This document shows positions 30,091-40,827 of a stretch of 64,000 bases of DNA, in pieces. The DNA is from Bacilli bacterium (lineage in GTDB: Bacteria > Bacillota_I > Bacilli_A > RF39 > UBA660): NCBI GenBank assembly GCA_017416535.1, contig JAFQCG010000005.1:141708-205707 (forward strand). Reading direction: 5' to 3'. Position 1 is the first letter of the stretch, and every line of letters begins with the position of its first letter. The notes under the pieces were generated by a model. It had not been told where the DNA came from, searched no databases, and saw nothing but the letters and a program-made list of their open reading frames with translations. The translations under genes were made by a program, and so were the position numbers.

Positions 30091-30710
30091 TATATTTCTA
30101 CTACGTAGTATTTAATATCTTTTTTAATTAGAACAACTACTGCACTCTTTTGATAACTTGAGAACTTTTCTTTGGTATATGTCCAATTAACTTTTACTTC
30201 ATAACCTTCGTGTTTTTCTTTTTTATAAGCAAATTCTGTTGGTGTGATACTTTCTACTGTAATTGTATCTACTGCAGGTAATTCTTGTTTTCTTTCGCCA
30301 TATATATTACTTTCTATATACTTATAATAAGTATCTTCTGCATTTAGTAGGAAGTTATCTAGTGCATCTGGATGAACAAAATCTACTCCACCAACATCTG
30401 TCTTAGCAACTTTATCTTCTAATGAATAGAAGTCATATACAAACATTTCAGCTACTTTTTTAGCATATTCTTCTTGATTAACTTCGTCTTCACGAAGAAT
30501 ATCTTCTAGTTCTTTAAACATTTCTTTATACTTTTTTGTTTTATTATCTTTTAATTCGTAACCATATTCATCAATTGACTTTAAGACCTTAATTTCTTTT
30601 ACTTTTTCTTTCTTTGGCATAAAGTTAATTACTATAATAGCAGCAAGGGCAATAATTAAAATTAATGCTACTCCTATTATTGTTAATTTGGCTTTCTTTT
30701 TTAATTTCAT
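30090..30710 (-). CDS. hypothetical membrane-anchored protein
   Basis: N-terminal TM helix with extracytoplasmic domain; no motif recognised. Sits 14 nt downstream of ltaS. Confidence 0.4.
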   Translation of the reverse strand: MKLKKKAKLTIIGVALILIIALAAIIVINFMPKKEKVKEIKVLKSIDEYGYELKDNKTKKYKEMFKELEDILREDEVNQEEYAKKVAEMFVYDFYSLEDKVAKTDVGGVDFVHPDALDNFLLNAEDTYYKYIESNIYGERKQELPAVDTITVESITPTEFAYKKEKHEGYEVKVNWTYTKEKFSSYQKSAVVVLIKKDIKYYVVEI

Positions 30711-30724
30711 ATTATTCCACCTTC

Positions 30725-32779
30725 CTACTCTTCTATTTCTTTTGGTTTTAATAAATCAAAGACAATTATATCATTTGAAACATCTAATAATTTATTAGCA
30801 TATTCATTATTATTTTTTATTTCTTCTTCACTTACTGCTTCATTTACAAGTGATAGGTATTCACCTTTTTGACTATTATAATATATTTTATTAGTTACCC
30901 AATTTCCATTAGGGAAAACTACTATATTTTTATCTTTTATGTTAAAGATATCATTTCCTAATGAATATTCATTATATATACCTAACATATTACCTAATGT
31001 TGGAGCTGCATCATACATTCCCATAACATTTGATATTTTCTTATTTAGTGATGTTCCTTTCATATCTTTTGTCCAGATAATAAATGGAACTTTTCTTCCT
31101 AATTCATATTGATATGAATCATATTCAACATATCTTTCATCATCTTTATCTAGAAGTTCATCTTCTTCTTTATCATAATTTTTTTCTAAATTATATTCTT
31201 TTTTAGATAATCTAGCATCATGGTCTCCATAAATTACTAGTACTGTATCTTCTAACAATCCAGCTTCATCTAATCCATTTACTAAATCTCCTAATGCTGA
31301 ATCTGCATAATGAAGTGATTTATAATAGTTACCTAGTTTTGTTCCCTCTAAGTATGGATATGATACTTCTTGTGTTGTACCATTTATTTTAACATTTTCT
31401 TTAATATCTACATCAAAGTCTCCATATTTATCTGTATCAGAGAATGGTGTGTGATTTGATAACATAATCATTAATCCATACCAATTGTCGTGTTTCTTAT
31501 CAATTTTCTTTAATTTTTCTACTGATTGAGCAAAGAATTCTTTGTCATTTAATCCTAAACCGATAATATTTTCATCTGTGATTGTATAGTCTTCTTTACT
31601 ATAGAACCTTTTAAATCCAAAATTATTATGCATTATACGTCTATTCCAGAAGTCTGCATTATTTGCATGCATACTAAAGGTATAATAACCTTTTTCTTGT
31701 AGTAATAACGGTGTTGTGATATAAGTTCTATCCGGATAAGATACAAATGCTGTACCACTCTTTGTTGGCATTAATGATGTATTAAATGTTAATTCTGCAT
31801 CTGATGATGTTCCAACACTTACTTGAGAATAGAAATTTGAAAAATACATTCCTTCACTTGATAGTTTATTAAGAGTTGGTGTTACTGGTTGACCATTAAA
31901 TTTCTTGTTAATGGCATTTGTTTGCATACTTTCGGCATGAATTACTAGTACATTTTTACCTTCAAATATATTTGTATATTTATTTGTTTTAACTTTTTTA
32001 TTATCTTCAAAGTATTCTGTAAAGTTTTTATATGCTTTATCATATCCAAACATGGAGTTTATTGTTGGTTGAATTGTTGCAACAACGTCGTTTCCTTGAT
32101 ATACATAAATACCAAAGCATTGAACTATATATTCTTTATTCCATTGTTTTAATAATCTACTTATATCTGTAGGAGTTAATGTTAGTAGGAATACACCAGC
32201 AACTACTGCTCCTGTAATTAATGTTGTAAAAGTTTTCTTTTTACGTTCTGACTTAACTTCTATTCTTTTATAATAATTTTGTTTTTTTAGTTTGTAGTGA
32301 GCAATAAACATAATAATTGGTCCTAGTGCATAGATTAAATCTTTTAATTGAATTACATTTTCTGTTACTGCATCTCCTACTTCTCCTACATATTGTGTAA
32401 GTGATAACATCGATATAGAAGCAAATGATGTATAGTATGTATAATATACTGAGTTAATCATACATATTGCAGTTAAAAATATATTTAATCCTATGTAATA
32501 AGTAAAACGATGTTTTGGTTTAAATAAATAACCAAATGATCCTAATAATATAACTACTGCTGTATCAGCTAATATTGCTTGAATTGAGAAGATACTTTTT
32601 ACTGTAGGCATACAGAATCCTCTTAATAAGGTTGCATTTAAAATTCCTGTTGCGACAAATAGTAAAAACAATACATTATCTTTCATATATTTAGCAATTA
32701 AATGTTCTGTCTTGATTTTTTTGAATACTTTTTTCGTTTGACTTACAAGTTTTTTCAGTCCATGTTTTATTCTTTTCAT
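30725..32779 (-). CDS. lipoteichoic acid synthase family protein (LtaS-type sulfatase-fold phosphoglycerol transferase)
   Basis: 5-TM N-terminal domain plus extracellular sulfatase domain with NVLVIHAESMQ and SQVSVGTSSDAELTFNTSLMP motifs. Confidence 0.85.
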   Translation of the reverse strand: MKRIKHGLKKLVSQTKKVFKKIKTEHLIAKYMKDNVLFLLFVATGILNATLLRGFCMPTVKSIFSIQAILADTAVVILLGSFGYLFKPKHRFTYYIGLNIFLTAICMINSVYYTYYTSFASISMLSLTQYVGEVGDAVTENVIQLKDLIYALGPIIMFIAHYKLKKQNYYKRIEVKSERKKKTFTTLITGAVVAGVFLLTLTPTDISRLLKQWNKEYIVQCFGIYVYQGNDVVATIQPTINSMFGYDKAYKNFTEYFEDNKKVKTNKYTNIFEGKNVLVIHAESMQTNAINKKFNGQPVTPTLNKLSSEGMYFSNFYSQVSVGTSSDAELTFNTSLMPTKSGTAFVSYPDRTYITTPLLLQEKGYYTFSMHANNADFWNRRIMHNNFGFKRFYSKEDYTITDENIIGLGLNDKEFFAQSVEKLKKIDKKHDNWYGLMIMLSNHTPFSDTDKYGDFDVDIKENVKINGTTQEVSYPYLEGTKLGNYYKSLHYADSALGDLVNGLDEAGLLEDTVLVIYGDHDARLSKKEYNLEKNYDKEEDELLDKDDERYVEYDSYQYELGRKVPFIIWTKDMKGTSLNKKISNVMGMYDAAPTLGNMLGIYNEYSLGNDIFNIKDKNIVVFPNGNWVTNKIYYNSQKGEYLSLVNEAVSEEEIKNNNEYANKLLDVSNDIIVFDLLKPKEIEE

Positions 32780-32930
32780 ATCTTTACCTCGCTTATATAA
32801 TTATAACACTCTATTAGTATTTTTTCAATCTACTAAGATATTGATGTTTAGGCATATTATTGACACTTTTTCATAAGTTTGTTGGGTGCTTTTAAAGACA
32901 ACTATGATACAATATTTCTGAAGATAAGGA

Positions 32931-34130
32931 GTGGGTATTATGTTTGAGTATAAAGAGTCTAATATTTTACTAATGATAGAAGCTTTGAAAAAGATAATTA
33001 AGATATTCTTAGGGCCATTCCTTACTGCTTATTTTATTAGGGTTTCAGCAGAATCTTTAGTTGATATTTCATTTTATTATATATTAAATTATGCTGTTTT
33101 AGGTATTGGTTCATTTATTCTAGGATGGATATTAAAAAAAAGATTTCATTTAGAGACATTTAGAACAGGTATTATTATTAACTTTATTTATATCTTAGTA
33201 ATTGTTTTATTACAGGAAAAGATTATTAATTATATTCCTTTAATTGCTTTGTTATATGGATTATCTTCCTGTTCTTACTATTTTCCATATAATTTATTTG
33301 CTTCACTAAAGGTTAAAAATGTAGATAGAGATTCATATGAGATGAAAAGACAAATATTAATGACTACTGTTAATATTGTTATTCCAGTATTACTTGGAAG
33401 TATTATTTCTACTACTAACTTTCAGTTGACTGCAATTATTATTTTAATTGTTTCTATACTTCAAATTATTTTATCTTTATTAATTGAACCTATTGAAATG
33501 AAAAATAGTAAATATACTCCTTTTTCATCAATTAAAACATTATTTAAAAATAAAGATATTAGAAATATGTTGTGGGTTGATTTTTTTAGGGGTATGAATG
33601 TTGCTGATAGCCCATTAGATATTTTAATGGTTGTATTAATAGTTGGAGCATTAAAAAGTGATTTTGGTTTAGGTTTACTTACTTCTTTTGCTTCTGTATT
33701 GGTTATATTTATTCAATATCTATATACAAAGAAGTTTAATAAGAAGCATGATAAAACTTTAGTATTTGTTAGTACTTTAGTTCCATTAGCTACACTTACT
33801 TTAATGTTATTATGGAAAAATGAAATTACTCTTATCTTATATTATTTTAGTTATATGGTTATAATTAATTTATTAGCGCTTATATATGATGTTAGATTGT
33901 TTAATATTTCTAATTGTAAGATTATTAAAGAAAATCATTTCTTAGAATTTTGGTCTATTAGGGAAATGGTTCTAAATATTGGAAGAGTTTCAGGTTTCTT
34001 ACTTGTACTTATAGCCGGAATTATTAATAATAGAATTTTGTCATATATATTATTAATTGTATTTACAATGACTATTCTATTTGCGGGATTATTTGCCGGA
34101 AGAGTAAAAAGATACGATAGTATAAAATAA
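32931..34130 (+). CDS. 12-TM transporter, probably MFS superfamily
   Basis: About 12 hydrophobic helices arranged 6+6 with a central loop; no specific signature. Confidence 0.45.
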   Translation: MGIMFEYKESNILLMIEALKKIIKIFLGPFLTAYFIRVSAESLVDISFYYILNYAVLGIGSFILGWILKKRFHLETFRTGIIINFIYILVIVLLQEKIINYIPLIALLYGLSSCSYYFPYNLFASLKVKNVDRDSYEMKRQILMTTVNIVIPVLLGSIISTTNFQLTAIIILIVSILQIILSLLIEPIEMKNSKYTPFSSIKTLFKNKDIRNMLWVDFFRGMNVADSPLDILMVVLIVGALKSDFGLGLLTSFASVLVIFIQYLYTKKFNKKHDKTLVFVSTLVPLATLTLMLLWKNEITLILYYFSYMVIINLLALIYDVRLFNISNCKIIKENHFLEFWSIREMVLNIGRVSGFLLVLIAGIINNRILSYILLIVFTMTILFAGLFAGRVKRYDSIK

Positions 34131-34139
34131 AAAAACTAC

Positions 34140-34970
34140 TTATTGTAGTTTTTCTTTTTTTGTATTAGGAAGTGAACTTCCAGCGTTTATAATCATTCCG
34201 AGTACAAATATATATGCTAGTATGTATACCCACAATAGTAATATTACTACGTTAGAAATACTTCCATAAAATATATTATAATTTGAGAATGTTGAAATAT
34301 ATATTGAATATATTTCAGAAGCAAGAATCCATCCTATTGTAGTAAACCAAGCTCCTTTTGTTGCAGATTTACTTTCTATTTTTTCATCTGGTGCAATTAC
34401 ATACATTAATTTTATATTGAAGTATAAAACTAATATTGTAATCGGATATTGTAATAGTTTAAATAATCTATATATAAAGTCGATTGGGACTTTTTTTGAT
34501 GCGGATAATTTAATAATATCAAAGATTGTATCTCCCCAAATAGGTACAACTAATAGGAAAAAGAATAGACCTACTAATGATAGTGTCATTAGTATCGCTT
34601 TAATTCTTCTTCTGAAGAATCCTTCTGTTTTTATTTTGTATATTTCATTTGAGGTAATTATCATTGAATTTGTTCCATTAGATGCTAAAACGAATGCTGC
34701 TACAAAGAAAGCTATTGCATTAAAGTTTAATCCTTTAGCAGACATAACACTTACAATTATATCACTTACTGCATCAGGAACGGCACCGTCTATTACACTT
34801 CTGATTGTTCCTACTGGAATTGATAATGCTGATGCTATTGTTCCAATAAGAGCTATTAATGGTATTAAGGACAAAACAAGAAAAAAAGCAAGTTGCCCAG
34901 GTAATATCCTAAGCTCTGGCTTTTTCATTAGCTCGATAAATTTACTAAAGAACCCTCTTGCTTTTTCCAT
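34140..34970 (-). CDS. YihY/BrkB family membrane protein
   Basis: 276 aa with 6 TM helices and family-typical LPGQLAFFLVLSLIPLI and NAGSS regions. Confidence 0.7.
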   Translation of the reverse strand: MEKARGFFSKFIELMKKPELRILPGQLAFFLVLSLIPLIALIGTIASALSIPVGTIRSVIDGAVPDAVSDIIVSVMSAKGLNFNAIAFFVAAFVLASNGTNSMIITSNEIYKIKTEGFFRRRIKAILMTLSLVGLFFFLLVVPIWGDTIFDIIKLSASKKVPIDFIYRLFKLLQYPITILVLYFNIKLMYVIAPDEKIESKSATKGAWFTTIGWILASEIYSIYISTFSNYNIFYGSISNVVILLLWVYILAYIFVLGMIINAGSSLPNTKKEKLQ

Positions 34971-34982
34971 ATTCTACTTCCT

Positions 34983-37025
34983 TTATTTGTATTCTTCTTT
35001 ATTTGTTATCATTTCTAGTGTTGCTTCGTTAATAGCATCATCTAATGTCTTAATTTCATCAGTAATCATACTATATCCTACTGCAGCTCCAAATTCATGT
35101 GGTAATGATTTCATTTCTTTTTCTAGTTTTTTAGTATATGTGGAAATTTGTCTATCACTATATCCTACTAGATAAATTAAGAATTCGTTTCCATCTGTTC
35201 TGATAACTTCACTGTTTTCTAATTGTGTATTAACTAATATTCCAGCTGCCTTAATAATTAATTGGTCTCCTTCTTCATGACCATAATTATCATTAACATA
35301 CTTAACATTATTTAAGTCTACCATGACAATTGATTGTGGGAATACTTTTGAATCTTCCCATTCAGCCATTTTAGCATTTAAATAATTTCTATTTTTTAAT
35401 GATGTCAACATATCGGTATATTTATGACGATCTGTTGCTTTTATTTTCTTAACTTCTTTTTTCTTCTTAATAATTAAGTAAGTAATTCCAATTGTAATTA
35501 ATGGAATAAATATAATCATTAAGATAATTGTATATACTTGTTCAAATGTTGAATCTTCAAGAATTGATGCATGTAGATTTTCAATTCCTGTATTACGATA
35601 ATTATAATAAGAATTTGTGTTTATTATATAATTAAATAAATCGTAGAACTCTTTATTATCTTGATGAACCATAAATTTATAATCATTCATCATTGTATCT
35701 TTATATAATAGTTTATAATTTTTAAATTTATTATTTTGATAATATGAATAAATTTCGTAATCTACTACAACTAAGTTAGATCCTGCTTTTTTAAGCATTT
35801 TATCTAAATTATCGTATGTTTTTATTTTAGCTTTTGAATTACTTTCAAAGTAATTATGTAATGCATCTCCTGATAGCATTAATACTTTTTTATCTTTTAA
35901 ACTTTCAAATGAGTTAATTACATGATTGTCTTTTTGTTTTCCTAATACAACATAATCTTCTATAAATGTTGATACTGTTGGAGAATAATTCTCATTTGTA
36001 TAGTTATAGTAATCAAAGTATAGATCTACTTCATCTTTATCAATAGCTTTTTCTAACGCCTTTTTAGAAGGATATTTTTTATATTTAAATTCAATATCTC
36101 CCAAACGTGACATTCTATTAACATATTCTCCAGCAATTCCTGCTAGTTTACTATGTACTTTTAATTCATATGGTTCATTTTCTACGTAACCGTATATATA
36201 TGTTTTTGAAACTAATGCTGATTTTTGTTTTCCTGTTAAATTATTTTTTTCTAGATAATAATTTAAGTATGATGCATTATATTCTTCTACATATTTTGTA
36301 TAGCGCCATTTATTATAATATTTTTCAACTATTGTATCTAATTTATCATCTGTTCCAGATAATGTTAAAACAATTTGTTTTTCATATTCTGTAAAGAAAT
36401 AGTTAATTGAATATTTATCTTTTTCAATTATGTAGTCTAAGTACATAATATTTGGAATAACAATCATTTCTACTGAGCCTGAATCTAATGCGTTATATAA
36501 TTCTTTGATTGTATTAAATGTTTTATATGATAAGTTACTTCCTCCTTTTAGGTAATAACTTATATCTTCACTATCTTCTTTAAAGACTCCTATTGTCATA
36601 TCTTTCATATCTTTAATATGATTTATTCTTTGATATGTTTTACCGACAGCTATATAGTTGTCTTTAAATAATGGTAAGTCATTATCAGTTAATTTTTCAT
36701 CTCCATCAAGTATTCTTATTCTTGTACCTGATGTTGTACTTCCAGTTTCTTTTAAATATGGAATTTTGTTAAATTGTAATCCTATTGCAGTTTCAAAATC
36801 TTCAATAAAGTTAAAGATTACTCCTTCTCCATCTGTTCCGTATAAAGGATAGTCATTAACAACTTCAAAGTCAAATGCTTGTTCTTTATTATCTTCTACC
36901 CATCTTTTTTCTGTTACTGTTAGTGTTGTTGTTTTATCTTCCTTATTATAGTAACGATATACACCCACAAATGCTAGTAGGGCTATTATAACAGGAATAA
37001 TAATTATTAGTGATTTTTTCTTCAT
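34983..37025 (-). CDS. membrane sensor protein with two periplasmic solute-binding-like domains and a degenerate C-terminal GGDEF domain (RTDGNEF)
   Basis: N-terminal TM, about 450-aa extracytoplasmic region, second TM, then GGDEF-domain motifs DLNNVKYVNDNYGHEEGD and a degenerate RTDGNEF where R(Y/x)GG(D/E)EF is expected. Confidence 0.7.
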   Translation of the reverse strand: MKKKSLIIIIPVIIALLAFVGVYRYYNKEDKTTTLTVTEKRWVEDNKEQAFDFEVVNDYPLYGTDGEGVIFNFIEDFETAIGLQFNKIPYLKETGSTTSGTRIRILDGDEKLTDNDLPLFKDNYIAVGKTYQRINHIKDMKDMTIGVFKEDSEDISYYLKGGSNLSYKTFNTIKELYNALDSGSVEMIVIPNIMYLDYIIEKDKYSINYFFTEYEKQIVLTLSGTDDKLDTIVEKYYNKWRYTKYVEEYNASYLNYYLEKNNLTGKQKSALVSKTYIYGYVENEPYELKVHSKLAGIAGEYVNRMSRLGDIEFKYKKYPSKKALEKAIDKDEVDLYFDYYNYTNENYSPTVSTFIEDYVVLGKQKDNHVINSFESLKDKKVLMLSGDALHNYFESNSKAKIKTYDNLDKMLKKAGSNLVVVDYEIYSYYQNNKFKNYKLLYKDTMMNDYKFMVHQDNKEFYDLFNYIINTNSYYNYRNTGIENLHASILEDSTFEQVYTIILMIIFIPLITIGITYLIIKKKKEVKKIKATDRHKYTDMLTSLKNRNYLNAKMAEWEDSKVFPQSIVMVDLNNVKYVNDNYGHEEGDQLIIKAAGILVNTQLENSEVIRTDGNEFLIYLVGYSDRQISTYTKKLEKEMKSLPHEFGAAVGYSMITDEIKTLDDAINEATLEMITNKEEYK

Positions 37026-37036
37026 TATATCTACCC

Positions 37037-37477
37037 CTATCTATCTTTTGTCCATGTAATATTTTCTGCTGTTGGTATTTTATAACCAATTATTGGAAAA
37101 TCTTTTGTTTCTTTTTCTTTAACCATGAAGAATTGGACATCATAAAATTTTTTTTCTTCATCATTTAATGATGCTAGTGCTTTTTTTGCATAACTTTTAG
37201 CATTACTTTTTGATACATTATCTTCTAATGTAATAGTTATATTAATAATTCTTCCAGATACTCTTGATTTAACTTTTTTAACTCCTGTTGTTAAATCTTT
37301 TTTAATATCTTTATCTAGATTCTTATTTAATTCCACTTTTCCTTCTAATCTATTACCATATACAGCAAGCCCATCGTTTGGGAATAATATGTTTTTTACT
37401 TGTACACAAAGTAGTATTAATATAAAGAATACTACTAATGATAAAATTATATTTTTATTTCTTCTTATAAATCTCAT
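37037..37477 (-). CDS. hypothetical membrane-anchored protein
   Basis: 146 aa with N-terminal TM; no motif. Confidence 0.4.
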   Translation of the reverse strand: MRFIRRNKNIILSLVVFFILILLCVQVKNILFPNDGLAVYGNRLEGKVELNKNLDKDIKKDLTTGVKKVKSRVSGRIINITITLEDNVSKSNAKSYAKKALASLNDEEKKFYDVQFFMVKEKETKDFPIIGYKIPTAENITWTKDR

Positions 37478-37547
37478 ATGCTCACATCCTAGTACTATAA
37501 TTATACACTATGCCATATTGTTTTTCAATTTACAATTTATTTGTAAA

Positions 37548-38969
37548 TTATTGAAGTTCTTCAACTAAAATATCCATTGCTATCTTAGGATTTGCTGAAC
37601 CCTTTGATGCTTTCATTACTTGTCCCATTAGATATTTAATTGCTCTATCATGTCCGGCTTTGTAGTCTTCAACTGAACCTGGGTTTTCGGCAATTACTGA
37701 TTTAACTACATCTCTGATTGCTGAGTCATCTGTAATATTTTCAATTCCAGATGTTTTAATTATTTCTTCAATAGATACTGTTTCTTCTAGAATTTTATCT
37801 AAAATATCTTTTAAGTTTTTACTTGTTAATGTATTATCTTCCATCCTATTAATTAATTCTAGGAATCTCTCTTTTGTTAATGTTGTTTCTGTAATTGTTT
37901 TTTCATTTTTATTTAGATATCCTGAAATATCTCCTAATAAAAGATTACTTGCGATTTTTAAGTTAGTGTTTTCATTTAATAATTCATTAAAATAATCACT
38001 TAATGCTCTATTTTGAACTAGCTTATTGGCATTTACTTCTGATACTCCTTTTTCTACGTATACTTTTCTTCTTTCATCAGGTAACATAGGAATAGTCTTT
38101 ACTACGTTTTCAATCATTTCATCTGTTACATATACAAATGGAATATCTGGTTCTGGGAAATAACGATAATCATTTCCAGTTTCTTTAACACGCATTAAAA
38201 CTGTATCTCCAAGTTTGTCATCATAACGTCTTGTTTGGGGTTTAAATGTTTCTCCGCTATCGTAGATTTTTGTTTGACGTTCGATTTCTTTATTAATACT
38301 GATTGCTACATTTGTAATTGAACCAATATTTTTTATTTCTGCTTTTGTTCCAAATGGATCAGATTCATTTTTTCTAATTGATACATTTGCATCAGCTCTC
38401 ATTGAACCTTCTTCAATTTTACAATCAGATACGTCTGTATAGAATAATAATTCTCTTAATTTTTCTAAGTAGGCTTTTGCTTCTTCTCCACTATTCATGC
38501 ATGGTTTTGTAACTATTTCTATTAGTGGTACTCCTGCTCTATTGAAATCTAATAAAGTCTTTGTTCCTCTATGTGTTGACTTACATGTATCTTCTTCAAT
38601 ATGCATTTCTTCAATTTCTATTTTTTTCTTTACTCCATTTACTTCTACTTCAACATATCCATCATATCCAATTGGAGTTCTACTTTGTGTAATTTGATAG
38701 TTTTTTGGATTATCTGGGTAGAAATAGTTTTTTCTATCAAAGTGCATTTCTCTTCTGATTTTACAATTTAAAACAGTTGCTGCTTTAATTGCTAAATTTA
38801 ATACTTCTTTATTTAATGTAGGAAGTGTTCCTGGATAACCTAAATCAATAACATTAGTTAGTGAGTTTGCCATTTCTCCATAACCATTAATTGAGTTTGA
38901 AAATATTTTTGTATTTGTTTTTAACTCTACATGTACTTCTACACCTATTGTTGGTATGTATTTTGACAT
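37548..38969 (-). CDS. gatB: aspartyl/glutamyl-tRNA(Asn/Gln) amidotransferase subunit B
   Basis: MSKYIPTIGVEVHVELKT... GatB N-terminus and C-terminal YqeY-like domain; follows gatA. Confidence 0.9.
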   Translation of the reverse strand: MSKYIPTIGVEVHVELKTNTKIFSNSINGYGEMANSLTNVIDLGYPGTLPTLNKEVLNLAIKAATVLNCKIRREMHFDRKNYFYPDNPKNYQITQSRTPIGYDGYVEVEVNGVKKKIEIEEMHIEEDTCKSTHRGTKTLLDFNRAGVPLIEIVTKPCMNSGEEAKAYLEKLRELLFYTDVSDCKIEEGSMRADANVSIRKNESDPFGTKAEIKNIGSITNVAISINKEIERQTKIYDSGETFKPQTRRYDDKLGDTVLMRVKETGNDYRYFPEPDIPFVYVTDEMIENVVKTIPMLPDERRKVYVEKGVSEVNANKLVQNRALSDYFNELLNENTNLKIASNLLLGDISGYLNKNEKTITETTLTKERFLELINRMEDNTLTSKNLKDILDKILEETVSIEEIIKTSGIENITDDSAIRDVVKSVIAENPGSVEDYKAGHDRAIKYLMGQVMKASKGSANPKIAMDILVEELQ

Positions 38970-40417
38970 TATTTCTCACCTCCTGGTGTTAAATCTAAGT
39001 TAAGCTCTTTTTCAATAAAGCTAGCTAGTTGATAAATTTTTGCTTCTTCGAAATCATTTCCAATAATATGCATTCCAATTGGCATATGGTCATTATCAAA
39101 TCCTACTGGAACATTTAGTCCTGGTAGACCTGACATATTTGCTGGATTTACTAAAACGTCATCTAAGAAACTCTTCAATGGGTCATCTAATGAATCAGTT
39201 TGGTTATATGCTGTTGTTGTTGCAGTTGGTCCTATAATTAAATCATAATCTTTATAGATTCGTTTGAACTCTTGGCGCATTGCTGCACGTACTGCCATTG
39301 CTTTATCATAGTAGATTTTTGCATTTTCTCCACTTAAGATGTGTGCTCCTACCATAATACGTCTTTTTACTTCTGTTCCAAATCCCTCTTGTCTTGTTTT
39401 AAAATATACATCTTTTATACTTTCAGGATTTTCTTTTGAGAATCCATATCTAATTCCATCAAATCTTGCAAGGTTTGAACTTGCTTCTCCTAATGCTATT
39501 ACTTGATATAATGTAACTGCTTGATCTAAGTATTTCATATCAACATAGTCAACTATTGCTCCAGCATTTTTTAATACTTCTATTGTATTTTTTATTGCGG
39601 ATTTTACTTCTTCGTTAACAATATCACTCATAAAGTAGTTTGGTACTGCTATTTTCATATCTTTAACGTCTTTTCCAATTAATCTTGTAAAGTCTTCTGT
39701 TTCTTTTTCTGCTGATGTTAAATCTCTTTCATCTTTTCCTACTATTGCATTTAATAATAGTGCATTTTCATAAACATTTTTTGTCATCGGTCCAATTTGA
39801 TCCATACTTGACGCGAATGCTACTAGACCAAACCTTGATACTCTTCCGTATGTTGGTTTCATTCCAACTATTCCACAGTAACTTGCTGGTTGTCTAATTG
39901 ATCCACCAGTGTCTGAACCTAAGGCAAATGGTAAGTCGCGTGCTGATATTGTTACCGCAGAACCTCCTGATGAACCTCCAGAAATCTTAGTTTTATTCCA
40001 TGGATTTAATGGTGCTCCAAAGTAGCTTGTTCTACTTGTAGAACCCATTGCAAATTCATCCATGTTTGTTTTACCAATAATAATCATATTTTTAGATTTA
40101 ATTTTTTCAACTACTGTTGCATCGTATAAAGGAATAAAATTTTCTAACATATGTGATGCACATGTTGTAAGTAAGTCTTTTGTAATAATATTATCTTTTA
40201 TTGCTATCGGCATACCAAATAATATATTATCTACTTCTTTATCTTCTAATTCTTTTGCTTGTTTAATTGCTTCTTCTTTATTTAAAGTTATATATGCATT
40301 TAATTCTTTATTATTTTCAATGTTTTCAAAAGCTTCTTCTACTAAGTCAATTGGCTTAATCTTTTTTTCTTTTAATAATTCATGTATTTCTAAGACACTT
40401 TTATTTAGATATTTCAT
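38969..40417 (-). CDS. gatA: aspartyl/glutamyl-tRNA(Asn/Gln) amidotransferase subunit A (amidase)
   Basis: Amidase signature GGSSGGSAVTISARDLPFALGSDTGGSIRQPASYCG. Likely start is ATG 40417 (MKYLNKS), 1 nt after the gatC stop; the ORF-track TTG at 40441 is too long. Confidence 0.9.
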   Translation of the reverse strand: MKYLNKSVLEIHELLKEKKIKPIDLVEEAFENIENNKELNAYITLNKEEAIKQAKELEDKEVDNILFGMPIAIKDNIITKDLLTTCASHMLENFIPLYDATVVEKIKSKNMIIIGKTNMDEFAMGSTSRTSYFGAPLNPWNKTKISGGSSGGSAVTISARDLPFALGSDTGGSIRQPASYCGIVGMKPTYGRVSRFGLVAFASSMDQIGPMTKNVYENALLLNAIVGKDERDLTSAEKETEDFTRLIGKDVKDMKIAVPNYFMSDIVNEEVKSAIKNTIEVLKNAGAIVDYVDMKYLDQAVTLYQVIALGEASSNLARFDGIRYGFSKENPESIKDVYFKTRQEGFGTEVKRRIMVGAHILSGENAKIYYDKAMAVRAAMRQEFKRIYKDYDLIIGPTATTTAYNQTDSLDDPLKSFLDDVLVNPANMSGLPGLNVPVGFDNDHMPIGMHIIGNDFEEAKIYQLASFIEKELNLDLTPGGEK

Positions 40418-40418
40418 A

Positions 40419-40721
40419 TTAAGCCTCCTCTCCAATAACAACTGGTACTTCTATGTAATTACCACTATGACGTGGTGCATTGTTAATTACTTCTTTTGGA
40501 CTTAACATTTTCCCTTCAACATCTTCTCTTAATTTTGTTGGAGCACTCCAATTAGCAATTAACATTTGGTCATCATCTACTTCTACTTCTTTAATTTTAT
40601 CTACACTATCCATAATTTGTTTTAATTGGATTTGATACTTTTCTAATTCACTTTCACTAATCGCAATTCTTGCTAATTCTGCTACATGTAAAACTTCTTC
40701 TTTTGATAATCTGTCATCCAT
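40419..40721 (-). CDS. gatC: aspartyl/glutamyl-tRNA(Asn/Gln) amidotransferase subunit C
   Basis: 100-aa GatC-like protein (VLHVAELARIAISESELEKY) immediately upstream of gatA. Confidence 0.85.
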   Translation of the reverse strand: MDDRLSKEEVLHVAELARIAISESELEKYQIQLKQIMDSVDKIKEVEVDDDQMLIANWSAPTKLREDVEGKMLSPKEVINNAPRHSGNYIEVPVVIGEEA

Positions 40722-40796
40722 CGCGGACTCCTCCTTTAACTTTACTTATTATATCACGTTATATATTCATTGTAAATTAATCAATACCCTTATTTA

Positions 40797-40827
40797 GCAT
40801 AAAAAACACACTGTTTTTTAGTGTGTT
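40797..40827 (-). terminator. terminator (ACACACT..AGTGTGT plus U-run), possibly bidirectional
   Basis: Hairpin plus T-runs just after the stop at 40828; separates gatCAB from the ligA operon. Confidence 0.6.

Noticed and set aside
34417-35175. 252-aa plus-strand ORF spanning the antisense strand of the YihY/BrkB gene and the start of the GGDEF sensor gene
   Set aside because: It overlaps two well-supported minus-strand genes, is low-complexity (Ile/Ser/Asn rich) and has no RBS. This is a typical shadow ORF in AT-rich DNA.
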